Shown here one piece after another: positions 9,402 to 18,645 of a DNA stretch of 64,000 nucleotides. The DNA comes from Victivallaceae bacterium (GTDB taxonomy: Bacteria; Verrucomicrobiota; Lentisphaeria; Victivallales; Victivallaceae): positions 44,817 through 108,816 of the forward strand of contig JAKSOF010000004.1 in the NCBI GenBank assembly GCA_024405735.1, given 5' to 3'. The position numbers were made by a program, and so were the translations under genes. Each line of letters begins with the position of its first letter. Position 1 is the first letter of the stretch. The notes under the pieces were generated by a model, which ran no database searches, was not told where the DNA came from, and was given only the letters and a program-made list of their open reading frames with translations.

Positions 9402-9608
9402 ACCGTCTATATTTGTTACTGAAAATAGACCTGCGCCCCACGCGGGCTAATACTTCGCCTATCGGCTTCGTCCGCCCGACTGCTTGAGGTGCGGCAATCT
9501 CTACGCTGGTGTTTGTCTCGCGGGACATCCTCCGTCGCGCAAAGCGCTATGGAGGACAAGTCGCCGCGAAACAAAGGAGATGGTTTTCCCTTAAAAACGG
9601 TGTTTGAT

Positions 9609-9637
9609 TTGAAATATTTCGTTCCCTATGTTATATT
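9609..9637 (+). promoter_or_regulatory. promoter TTGAAA-N17-TATATT for the IclR-type regulator gene
   Basis: Hexamers at 9609-9614 and 9632-9637, about 27 nt upstream of the ATG at 9664. Confidence 0.45.
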
Positions 9638-9663
9638 AGCGGTGAAAAAACAACGGTTAGCAT

Positions 9664-10398
9664 ATGAACAACATCATTCCTTCTCTCCGCAAGGCTTTAC
9701 AACTGATCCGTCAGCTTTCGGAAAAAAATTGCACGCAAGCCGAGCTGAGCCGAAAGCTCCGTATCACGATGAGCACGACTTACCGCATCCTCCGCACGCT
9801 TCTCGCTGAAGGGTGGATCGTAAAAAAAGCGGATTCAAGTTATGAGCTCGGTGGCGGCATGCTTTTACTGCTTGCCTCGTTTCACCGCGACGTCGCCAAA
9901 ATGGAAATATTGCGCGACATCGTCGCGGAGATCCCCGCCAAAACCGGACTTTTCGCCAAATTGAGTATCCCCTGCGGCAATTTGCATCACGTCACGCTTC
10001 ACTATGCCGCGCCCGGGGAAGAATATATGCTCTTTGCCGATAAACAGGGGACGGTTTTTCCCGTCTCCGGCGATCCTGCGGGGATTGCATTGCTGCTCGA
10101 CAAAACGCCCGGTCAGCTCGGCGATCTCTGCGCCGCTTCCGGCGGAACTCCGAAACCGGAAGCGTTGCTCCAAGCAGTCGAAAAATGCAAGAAAAAAGGC
10201 TACTTGCTTGATTGCGTCGGCAAAAGCCGCTGGCAGGTGATGGAAATGGCGTTGCCGCTCCGTTTTGAGGACAAAATCATCGCGTCGCTGGCAGTTCTCG
10301 GCTGTGCTGAAGATTTTGCCGGAGTCCGGGAACGCCGGATATTCAAAGTCATGAAAGATTTTGCCGCAAAATGCGAAAAGGCGGTCGCCGGAGCGTAG
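9664..10398 (+). CDS. IclR-family transcriptional regulator
   Basis: N-terminal winged HTH (LRKALQLIRQLSEKNCTQAELSRKLRITMSTTYRILRTLLAEGWI) plus a ~170-aa effector-like domain. Confidence 0.8.
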   Translation: MNNIIPSLRKALQLIRQLSEKNCTQAELSRKLRITMSTTYRILRTLLAEGWIVKKADSSYELGGGMLLLLASFHRDVAKMEILRDIVAEIPAKTGLFAKLSIPCGNLHHVTLHYAAPGEEYMLFADKQGTVFPVSGDPAGIALLLDKTPGQLGDLCAASGGTPKPEALLQAVEKCKKKGYLLDCVGKSRWQVMEMALPLRFEDKIIASLAVLGCAEDFAGVRERRIFKVMKDFAAKCEKAVAGA

Positions 10399-10452
10399 AC
10401 AGAATTTCATGATACAAAATTCAAGGCAATTCACTGCGGAAAGGAAATTTTT

Positions 10453-10533
10453 ATGAAAACAATACTCTGGACATCCGGCGCGATCCTCGCCGTGCTTCTC
10501 CTGTTTTATTTCATCTGTTGCGTCACTTTTTAA
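10453..10533 (+). CDS. possible 26-aa hydrophobic peptide
   Basis: ATG preceded by AAGGAAA. MKTILWTSGAILAVLLLFYFICCVTF is a single TM-like helix. Its stop abuts the GGAG RBS of the next gene. Too short to verify. Confidence 0.3.
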   Translation: MKTILWTSGAILAVLLLFYFICCVTF

Positions 10534-10546
10534 GGAGATCCCCAAA

Positions 10547-11176
10547 ATGATCAAAAAAATTTTTATTTTTCTTTTGGTTCTGCTCGTCCTTGGAGCCATG
10601 ATTTCCGGCGGATACTTTTTCCTGCGTTACAATGAAAACCGGCGCGACGCCGTCGTCTGCAATCTCGTTTCCCGTCAACTGCCCGCGGCGGAACTCGCCG
10701 TCCGCACCGTCGTCTGGCAGAGCGTCATTACCGAAAACCAGAATTTCCCCGCGCGTTACAGCGTGATCGGGCGCACGGCGACCATCAAGGCGGGCTTCGA
10801 CCTCACCAAACTGGATCCCCAAAAAGACATTCTGATCGATACGGCGAGCCGGACGCTCACGCTCCGTTTGCCCAAGGCGGAGATCCTCTCGCTCTCCTGG
10901 AGTCCCAACCGGATCATCATGGAGCGGCACAGCGTCGCCGCCGCGGTTATGCATAAAAGCGCGGCGGAAGAAAACCGCCGCCGCAAACTTTTTGAAGATG
11001 CGTTGCGGCGCGACGCACAACTTTACAAAATTCTGGATTTCGCTTCGCTGAACGAGGGGATCGTCCGTTATCTCGCGCCCGTCGCCGCGCAGGCGAACTG
11101 GAAACTTGTCGTCCAGACGGAGGAGCATGTGGACTTCCCCTCCGCGCTCGACGCCTACCTTGCGGCGCATCCCTGA
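10547..11176 (+). CDS. DUF4230-like membrane-anchored protein
   Basis: N-terminal TM helix followed by an IKAGFDLTKLD...TLRLPKAEIL pattern, reminiscent of DUF4230. Confidence 0.55.
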   Translation: MIKKIFIFLLVLLVLGAMISGGYFFLRYNENRRDAVVCNLVSRQLPAAELAVRTVVWQSVITENQNFPARYSVIGRTATIKAGFDLTKLDPQKDILIDTASRTLTLRLPKAEILSLSWSPNRIIMERHSVAAAVMHKSAAEENRRRKLFEDALRRDAQLYKILDFASLNEGIVRYLAPVAAQANWKLVVQTEEHVDFPSALDAYLAAHP

Positions 11177-11177
11177 T

Positions 11178-11206
11178 TTGCAATCCTGCGGTTGCCGGGC
11201 TATATT
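11178..11206 (+). promoter_or_regulatory. promoter TTGCAA-N17-TATATT for the Na/Pi transporter gene
   Basis: Hexamers at 11178-11183 and 11201-11206. ATG at 11248. Confidence 0.4.
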
Positions 11207-11247
11207 ATATAACATATAATATCCACCTGAAGAAACCCGGTATTTCA

Positions 11248-13668
11248 ATGACGAAACGAACGCTTTTTTTCCGTGTTGGAGCGCTGTTGACGGCGCTGGT
11301 ACTCTTTCCGCTTGCGGGATGTTCCCAGAATCACGACCGCAACGTCCGGCAGGTCAAGGTGCTCCGAGGCGGCGATCAATGCGCCGCCGCCGGAAAAACG
11401 TTTGACGAACCGCTTCTCATCGAAGTCCGCAGTTCCGGCGGACCGCTCGCCAACACCGTGCTGAATTTCAAGGTCGCCGATAATTCCGATCTGGAAATCG
11501 AGCCGCAACGCGCCGTGACCGATGCGGGCGGTACGGCTTCGATCCGTGTCAAAGCCGGTAAAAAGATCGGCGACCAGATCTTGCTGGTCATTCCCGAAAA
11601 AGCGCCGGAGCGTGCGATCAAAGTCCGCTTCATCAGCGGCGTGGAATTGACCGGAACTCACAGCGAAGGCGCGGCGGACTCTTTGCTCGACGACCCCGTC
11701 GCGCTCCGTCTGACCGATGCCGACGGCAAACCGCTTGCCGATATCCCCGTAACTTTTACGCTGACGGCGACCGCCGAAGGCTCTTCGACAACGGCTTCGC
11801 TCCTCACCCCCAAAACGAAAACCGATGCCGACGGTTGCGCTTCCACGCGGGTCAAACTCGGCAAAAAAACCGGTGCTTACCGCATCAACATCGACGTCGA
11901 CAACGGCAAAAACATTTCGATCAAGGATAAAAGCGTCGATCTGATGGCGGTCGATTTCCTTCACGTCGCGATCGCGGTCGTCGGCGGACTGGCGATTTTC
12001 ATTTTCGGTATGCAGTTGATGAGCAACGGTCTCAAAAACTGCGCCGGGGAAAATATGCGCAAGATCCTCCAGTTTTTCGCCAGCAACCGCGTCGTCGCGC
12101 TCTTTGCCGGCATCGCGGTCACGGCGGTACTGCAATCCTCCTCCGCCACAAGCGTGATGGCGGTCGGTTTCATCAACGCGGGGCTTCTGACGCTCAAACA
12201 GGCGCTCGGCATCATTTTCGGCGCGAGCATCGGTACGACCGTGGTGGCACAGATCATCTCTTTCAACTTGTCGGCATTTGCGCTCCCCGCCGTGATCGTC
12301 GGCGTTTTCATGGAACTTTCGGCGACGCGTAAAGTCCGCAACGTCGGAGCGATGATCCTCGGTTTCGGCTTGCTCTTTTACGGCTTGACGATGATGAGCA
12401 ACGAATTGAAAGTTTTGGGCGATATGCCGACGTTGCAAAATGCGTTTCACCTCTTTGACTGCGCGCCAAAAACGTCCGGCGGCTTCATGCCTTTCGGCGC
12501 GATCATGGGCGCGGTGCTGATCGGGGTCGTCATCACGATCATCATCCAGTCAAGCGGTGCTTTCGCCGGTATCGTACTCGCCCTCGCTTCGGGCGGACTG
12601 ATCAATTTCTACACCTCGATGTCGATGCTTCTCGGCGCCAATATCGGCACGACCATCACCGCCATTTTAGCGGCGATCCCCGGCAACCGCGTCGCCAAAC
12701 AGGCGGCATTGGCGCATACGATTTTCAAGATTCTCGCGGCGGCACTGATGATCGCCCTTTTCTACGTGCCGTGGGGGGAGGAAAACACGCCGGTCCTCCT
12801 TGCTTTCACCAATTACATCACTCCCGGCAATCCCTTCGCCGCCGTACCGCAGAATATCGAGCGTCATATCGCAATGGCGTACACGCTTTTCAACGTCGTT
12901 TCCGCCGTCGGACTGTTGCCTTTTCTGGAGTGGTTCGCGCGGATCGCCAATATCCTGCTGCCGATCCGCGGCGACAACGAGCGGCAGACCCGCACCTTGG
13001 AGCCGGTCTTGCTCAACACGCCGTCGATCGCGCTGAAACTGACGACGAGCGCCATTCAGAAAATGGTCATCGACGCATGGAAAATGATCGACGCCGCCGT
13101 CAACACCCACTTCATCGGGGGCGACGCTTCAGCGCAGAATATTTCCCGTCTGGAGCAGGAGGAGGAGGACATCGACGCCCGCCAGAAAGAGGTGACCGCC
13201 TATTTAGTGCGGTTGACGCGGCGGCAGTTGAGCGAACCCCAGTCGGAATTGGTGCCGCTTCTGATGCACTGTACCAACGATGCTGAAAGGATCGCCGACC
13301 ACTGCGAAACGATCCTCGGTCTCGCCGACCGCCTGAAAAAAGAGCAGAATCCGCTTTCGGAAACGGCGATCAGCGAATTGAAAAAGGTGTGGCAGGTGCT
13401 CGATCAGCAGGCGCGTCACGTCATTTCCGGCTTGGAGGGCGCGGGTGAGGAAGTCGTCCGCGCCGCGCGCACCGAAGGGCACGAAGTGACCCGTATGGCG
13501 GATCGCTTTGAATCCGAGCATATCGACCGTCTCCGCGACGGACGCTGCAGTGCCGCGACCGGCGTCATCTACATCGAAATGCTCGGCGAGATCACCAAGA
13601 TCGGGGCGCGCCTTTCCAACATCGCCGACCGTACGCCGCAGATCGAAAAGCACTATGTAAAGCTGTAA
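11248..13668 (+). CDS. Na+/phosphate cotransporter (NaPi-II/YjbB-like) with N-terminal lipoprotein-type Ig-like tandem domain and C-terminal PhoU-like domain
   Basis: Core motifs QSSSATSVMAVGF and IIQSSGAFAGIVLAL. The C-terminal helical PhoU-like region has a NDAERIADH motif. N-terminus has a LAGC lipobox plus two TDAGGTASIRVKAGKKIG / TDADGCASTRVKLGKKTG repeats. Confidence 0.85.
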   Translation: MTKRTLFFRVGALLTALVLFPLAGCSQNHDRNVRQVKVLRGGDQCAAAGKTFDEPLLIEVRSSGGPLANTVLNFKVADNSDLEIEPQRAVTDAGGTASIRVKAGKKIGDQILLVIPEKAPERAIKVRFISGVELTGTHSEGAADSLLDDPVALRLTDADGKPLADIPVTFTLTATAEGSSTTASLLTPKTKTDADGCASTRVKLGKKTGAYRINIDVDNGKNISIKDKSVDLMAVDFLHVAIAVVGGLAIFIFGMQLMSNGLKNCAGENMRKILQFFASNRVVALFAGIAVTAVLQSSSATSVMAVGFINAGLLTLKQALGIIFGASIGTTVVAQIISFNLSAFALPAVIVGVFMELSATRKVRNVGAMILGFGLLFYGLTMMSNELKVLGDMPTLQNAFHLFDCAPKTSGGFMPFGAIMGAVLIGVVITIIIQSSGAFAGIVLALASGGLINFYTSMSMLLGANIGTTITAILAAIPGNRVAKQAALAHTIFKILAAALMIALFYVPWGEENTPVLLAFTNYITPGNPFAAVPQNIERHIAMAYTLFNVVSAVGLLPFLEWFARIANILLPIRGDNERQTRTLEPVLLNTPSIALKLTTSAIQKMVIDAWKMIDAAVNTHFIGGDASAQNISRLEQEEEDIDARQKEVTAYLVRLTRRQLSEPQSELVPLLMHCTNDAERIADHCETILGLADRLKKEQNPLSETAISELKKVWQVLDQQARHVISGLEGAGEEVVRAARTEGHEVTRMADRFESEHIDRLRDGRCSAATGVIYIEMLGEITKIGARLSNIADRTPQIEKHYVKL

Positions 13669-13674
13669 GTTGCA

Positions 13675-14955
13675 ATGATCGAACTTGCCGCCGACGCCGC
13701 AATCCGCACCCGCGCGCTCCCCATCGGCATCACCGAAGGAGACACTGCCGAGCTGATCCCGCAACTGGATGAATTGACGGAATTGCTCGCCAATCTCGAC
13801 ATCGAGGTATTGGAACCGCTCGCCGTCCGCAACCGCGAAAATCATTCCCGTTTCAAAGTCGGGACGGGCAAAGCGGAGGAGATCGCCCGAATCGCGCAGG
13901 AGTGCGAAGCGGATCTGCTCGTTTTCGACGAACCGCTCACGCCGTCGCAACAGCGCAACTGGGAAAGATTGTCGCAGTGCAAAGTGATCGACCGCGAGGA
14001 AGTCATCCTTGAAATTTTCGCTTCGCGCGCGCAGACGCGGGAAGCCGTTTTGCAAGTCGAACTCGCCCGCGCCAAATATATGCTTCCGCGGCTGACGGGA
14101 GCGTGGAGCCATCTCTCGCGTCAGCGCGGCGGCGGCGCGACGACCCGCGGCAAAGGCGAAGCGCAGATCGAAACCGACCGCCGTCTGCTCCGGGATCAGG
14201 TGCGGCAACTGGAGGAGGAACTTTCCCGTGTCCGCCGCAGTCGCGACACCCAGCGCAAAGCGCGTTTGCGCCGCCCGGTCGCCCAAGGCGCGATCGTCGG
14301 CTATACCAACGTCGGCAAATCAAGTCTGCTCGCCGCGCTTTCCGGTGCCGATGTGATGGCAAAAGATCAGCTTTTCGCAACGCTTGATCCGCTGGCGCGT
14401 CAGGTGGCGTTGCCGGAACATCTTGAAGCCGTCCTGACCGACACCGTCGGCTTTATCCGGAAACTCCCGCATACTCTGGTCGAGGCTTTCAAATCGACGC
14501 TGGAAGAATCGGTGATCGCCGATTTCCTTTTGCTCGTACTGGATGCGTCGAGCCGCGACGTCGATTTGGAGTGGGAAACCACCATCGGCGTTTTGCGCGA
14601 ACTCGGCGCCGACGAAAAGAAGATCGTCATCGTTTTCAACAAATGCGACAAGATCCCGGCGGAAGAAAAAATTTTTCTCACCGCCCGTCTGCGCGGTCTT
14701 TTTCCCGATGCGCTCTTTGTTTCGGCGGCGACGGGGGAAGGTCTTGAGCAGTTGCGCCGCAAAATCGCCCTGATCGTCGCCGGGAAACGGTGCCGGCTGA
14801 CGGCGGAACTGCCCGCACAACGCAGTGATCTTGTCGCTTTCGCCTACCAGACGGGACAGGTCGAAAAGTGTGAATATGATGACGACGGCAAATGTTTTCT
14901 TGTCTTTTGCATCGAAGCCAAACACCGGCATCTCTACGCGGAGTATCTCGTATGA
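13675..14955 (+). CDS. hflX: GTPase HflX
   Basis: HflX N-domain (VIDREEVILEIFASRAQTREAVLQVELA, GEAQIETDRR) and G-domain (GYTNVGKSSLL, DTVGF, NKCD). Confidence 0.92.
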   Translation: MIELAADAAIRTRALPIGITEGDTAELIPQLDELTELLANLDIEVLEPLAVRNRENHSRFKVGTGKAEEIARIAQECEADLLVFDEPLTPSQQRNWERLSQCKVIDREEVILEIFASRAQTREAVLQVELARAKYMLPRLTGAWSHLSRQRGGGATTRGKGEAQIETDRRLLRDQVRQLEEELSRVRRSRDTQRKARLRRPVAQGAIVGYTNVGKSSLLAALSGADVMAKDQLFATLDPLARQVALPEHLEAVLTDTVGFIRKLPHTLVEAFKSTLEESVIADFLLLVLDASSRDVDLEWETTIGVLRELGADEKKIVIVFNKCDKIPAEEKIFLTARLRGLFPDALFVSAATGEGLEQLRRKIALIVAGKRCRLTAELPAQRSDLVAFAYQTGQVEKCEYDDDGKCFLVFCIEAKHRHLYAEYLV

Positions 14956-17900
14956 AAAAAATCTTTTTCCTGATCCTTTTGCTGTTGTTTTCTTTTGCCG
15001 CTCCGGCGAAAGAAACGCCATGGAGCGCGTGGCGCAAAGCCTATACCGAATTTGAAAAAGCGGAAAAAGCGCGCGATACGGGAAACTATTTGGCCGCCGC
15101 GCAGGGCTTCAAAAAGGCGTTGGAACTTTACCAGTTTGTCCGTCAGCAGCGTCCCGACTGGAATCAGAAAGTCATTCTGCGCCGCATTTCCGACTGCAAG
15201 CAGGAATTGGGCAAAGTGGAAGGTTTTTTAAATCCGGCTTCCGGAGCTTCGGGAGCGCGCGTTGCCCCCTCCCCCGTGAGCAAAACCGTTTCCGCACCAA
15301 TGGTTCCCGCCGTAAAAGCCGACTCTCCGGAAGTCGCCGCGCTCAAGCAAAAAATCGCCGCGCTTGACTTGGAATTGCAGACGCTCCGGCAAAAGGAAAG
15401 ATCCCGCCGCGACCTCGAATCGGAAATCGCGATGCTGATCCGGGATCAGCACCTCGCCAAGGAACGGCAGGCGATGCTGGAGGAAAAATTGCGCCGGGCG
15501 GAGAAAAACCGCGCGGCATTAAGCGAGGAAGCGCAAAAGGAACTGCAAAATCAGCTTTTGCAAAGCAAAATGGAGTGTGAATCGCTCAAAGGCAAACTTG
15601 CCGATATGGAAAGCCGGGCAAAAAAAGCCGAAGCGGAAGCTGAAAAGACGCTGGGACAGCGCAAATTCGCCGAAGCCGCCATCCAGGCGACGCAGGAAAA
15701 ACTTTTGCGGCAGGAGCGCGAAACGGCGGACATCCGCCGCGCCGAAGAGGAGAGCCGCGCCGCAAGGGAAAATCTGCAAAAAGAACTTGACGAAATCAGA
15801 AAAGAACTTTCCGATACGGCAACCGAATTGAAAGAAGCGCGCCGAAATCTCGCTGAAACGCAGGAAAAATTCCGGAAATCCGCCGAGGAAAATCAAGCGG
15901 GAGGCAACGTCCTCGCCGCGGAAAACCGTACGCTTTCGGACAAGCTCGCCGCGTTGCAGATGCGTTACGATCAACTGGATGCGGCATTCAAGGAATTGCG
16001 CCAGAAAATGATGGCGGAGCAAGCCGTTGCCGCGCAGATGAAAAGTGTCGCCGAGCGCAGTGAAAGCGTGCGCCGGATGCTGGAAAAACAACAGACTTCG
16101 CAGGAAAAACAACTCAAGGATCTGCGCGAGGAAACGACGAATCAGATGAAAGAGATCGCCGCCGCCAAGACCCGTATCGCCACTTTGGGAAACGATCTTA
16201 AAACCGCCGTCGCCCAAAAGGAGATCCTTCAAAAACGGCTTCAACAGCGTGACGCCGAGGATTACCGCGCAACGGCGGACATCGCCGCCAAGCAGAAAGA
16301 ATGGGACAAGGAACGAAGTTCTCTGCAGGAAAAAATCGCCTCCGGCAAAGGGGAAATCGCCAAAAAAGAGCATCTGCTGAAAGAAACCTCCGCTCAACTT
16401 GCGGCGATGACGCGATCACGCGATCAGCTCGTCAAAGAAAAAGATGTTCTGCAACAGCAACTGGCAACGCTCCTTGAGATCCAAAAGCAATATACGGCGT
16501 TGCAGAGCAATTTCAGCGCCGCGCAAAAGGAATTGGCGCAATGTCATACCCGCTTGGAAACGGCGCAAAAAGAGCACAAGGAGTTGCTCGCCTTGCGACA
16601 GGAGCAAAAAAGCATCGAGCAACTCAAAACGAAATTGAGCGACGAAGAACGCCTTTCCGCCGAGCTTGCCGACGCCAATGCCGCGCTGACCGACCGCCTC
16701 GCCGAAGCCTTGAAACTCAAGGACGAAGTCGTCAAACTCCGCGCCGAAGCGGCGCAAATTGCCGTCTTGCGCACTACCGTCGAACGGTTGAAAGCGCAAA
16801 ATCAGACGCTGGCGAAATACCGCGATCTGGAAAAAGAACTTGCCGCGGCAAAACAAAATATCATCGCTCTGGAATCGCGTTCGGCAAAACTGGATGCCGC
16901 GTTGCAACAGCAAACGCAGGATCAGCAAAAAATCGACGCTTTGCAACAGGAGATCAACACGGCGAAACAGCAACTTGCCGCCCAAACGGAAATCCTTGCC
17001 GAAAGCGACAAGCGCAATGCCGCGCAAAAGCAGACGCTGGACGCTCTGCGTCAGGAATCCGCGCAGATCCGTGCCGAAAAGGAAAAATCCATTTCCGATC
17101 TGCAATGCAAAATCAAACAACTGCAGGCGGAAAAAAATCAGGATGGCTCCTTGAAAAAACAATCGTCGGAGGAAAATTCCTTGCGCGAGGCAAACAGCGC
17201 GCTTCAAACTGAAATTGCGGCGCTTCAGCAGGAGCGCACCACGCTTCAAAACAACCTTGCCGATGCCCAAAAAGCGCGATCTCAACAGGAACTTCGCCTC
17301 GCGCAGATGGAAAAATCCGTCAAACTTTATCAGGAAAAAGCAATTCCGCTGCAATTGGAAATCGACCGGCTTCACACGCAGATCGCCGCGTTGAAAAAAG
17401 AGGGGGCAAAACTCGCGCAACTTGTTGAAAAACAAAAACTTGCCGAAAATGAAATCGCAAAACTGCGCGCGCTCAATGAAAACCTTATCCAAAATCACGC
17501 ATCCGGCAGGGAGATCGAATTGCTGAAAACCCGGCTTGCCGAAGCGGAAAGTTTCCGCAGTGAAGCCGAAAGACTGCGCTTGCTCAATCAGGAATTGCGC
17601 AAAGAAAACAAAGACCTGGAACTCGCCGTCTTGCGTCCGGAGGAGAAATCTTTTCAATTCGATTCGACGACGGAACTTCTGGAAACACCGGAAGTCCTGA
17701 TTTCCGCCGGGATGCGCGCCGAAAAGGAAAATCGTCTTTCCACCGCGATCTGGAATTATGAAAACGCCCTCCGTAAAGATCAGCACAACACCTTTGCCGC
17801 CAAGCGGTTAGGTATCCTTTTACTGAAACGCGAGCAATTTGAACGCGCTTCGGCGGCGCTCAAGATCGCCAACCGGCTTGCGCCGGACGATCCCGAAGTT

Positions 17901-18644
17901 GCCGTGGCGGCGGCACGCTGTGCCAACGCCTGTCAGCGTTACGGAAGCGCGCTGGTTTATCTGGAAAAACTTTTGAAAGATCCCCGTCCCGGCATGGATG
18001 CGCTCCTCGTCGGAGCGACCGCCTACGCGGGAAGCGGCAAAAAAGCCAAGGCGGAGGAACTCCTGCAACTTGCGGTCCGCTATTTCGGGCGGCAAAGTTT
18101 CGCTCCGCAAATGGCGCTGGCGGGATTTCTCGCCGACGACGCGACGCGCGAAGAAGAGGCGCTTCAGCTTTACGAAAGTCTCCGCATTGCCGGAGCCCCC
18201 GCCGAAGCGAAACTTGAGATCCGCTTTGCCGGACGGCTCGATGAAAGGCGGGAACTCGCCCTCTTTCTCAATGACGCCGCCGAAGAGGCGGCGAGCCGTA
18301 ACGACTGGGCGACTGCCGTCTGGTATCGCCGTCAGGCGGCGGAAATGAAGCGCGACGAAAAAACGGAAAGCGCCCAGCTTGCCTTCGCCCGTTATATGAA
18401 TGGCGAAACGGCGGCGGCGCTGGAGGAACTTTCCCTGCACCGCGCAAGCATCGAGGGGGAACTTGTTTCCGCTCTCTGCTATTTGCGCGACAACGACCGT
18501 CCGGCGTTTCAGGCGGCGTTGAAGCACGCGAAAAAACTCAACCGCGACCAGATGATCGATCTCGCGGTACAATGGCGCAAACTTCTGCTTGAATTGAAAA
18601 AGTGCGCCGTAACGGAAAAAGAGATTTCGGAAGTCGTCCGCTGA
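14952..18644 (+). CDS. secreted giant TPR / coiled-coil / TPR protein (hypothetical)
   Basis: The ATG at 14952 overlaps the hflX stop (ATGA). Signal peptide MKKIFFLILLLLFSFAAPA, then a short TPR-like head and ~800+ aa of uninterrupted heptad-like Q/E/K/L/A sequence. C-terminal ~330 aa are TPR-like. Confidence 0.75.
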   Translation: MKKIFFLILLLLFSFAAPAKETPWSAWRKAYTEFEKAEKARDTGNYLAAAQGFKKALELYQFVRQQRPDWNQKVILRRISDCKQELGKVEGFLNPASGASGARVAPSPVSKTVSAPMVPAVKADSPEVAALKQKIAALDLELQTLRQKERSRRDLESEIAMLIRDQHLAKERQAMLEEKLRRAEKNRAALSEEAQKELQNQLLQSKMECESLKGKLADMESRAKKAEAEAEKTLGQRKFAEAAIQATQEKLLRQERETADIRRAEEESRAARENLQKELDEIRKELSDTATELKEARRNLAETQEKFRKSAEENQAGGNVLAAENRTLSDKLAALQMRYDQLDAAFKELRQKMMAEQAVAAQMKSVAERSESVRRMLEKQQTSQEKQLKDLREETTNQMKEIAAAKTRIATLGNDLKTAVAQKEILQKRLQQRDAEDYRATADIAAKQKEWDKERSSLQEKIASGKGEIAKKEHLLKETSAQLAAMTRSRDQLVKEKDVLQQQLATLLEIQKQYTALQSNFSAAQKELAQCHTRLETAQKEHKELLALRQEQKSIEQLKTKLSDEERLSAELADANAALTDRLAEALKLKDEVVKLRAEAAQIAVLRTTVERLKAQNQTLAKYRDLEKELAAAKQNIIALESRSAKLDAALQQQTQDQQKIDALQQEINTAKQQLAAQTEILAESDKRNAAQKQTLDALRQESAQIRAEKEKSISDLQCKIKQLQAEKNQDGSLKKQSSEENSLREANSALQTEIAALQQERTTLQNNLADAQKARSQQELRLAQMEKSVKLYQEKAIPLQLEIDRLHTQIAALKKEGAKLAQLVEKQKLAENEIAKLRALNENLIQNHASGREIELLKTRLAEAESFRSEAERLRLLNQELRKENKDLELAVLRPEEKSFQFDSTTELLETPEVLISAGMRAEKENRLSTAIWNYENALRKDQHNTFAAKRLGILLLKREQFERASAALKIANRLAPDDPEVAVAAARCANACQRYGSALVYLEKLLKDPRPGMDALLVGATAYAGSGKKAKAEELLQLAVRYFGRQSFAPQMALAGFLADDATREEEALQLYESLRIAGAPAEAKLEIRFAGRLDERRELALFLNDAAEEAASRNDWATAVWYRRQAAEMKRDEKTESAQLAFARYMNGETAAALEELSLHRASIEGELVSALCYLRDNDRPAFQAALKHAKKLNRDQMIDLAVQWRKLLLELKKCAVTEKEISEVVR

Positions 18645-18645
18645 A

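Noticed and set aside
9263-9487. 74-aa ORF (MGARGRSRRALL...) and the related 62575..62922 ORF
   Set aside because: They read through GC-rich hairpin and repeat DNA. They have no RBS and an Arg/Pro-rich composition. The similarity between them is explained by the shared 22-nt DNA motif.
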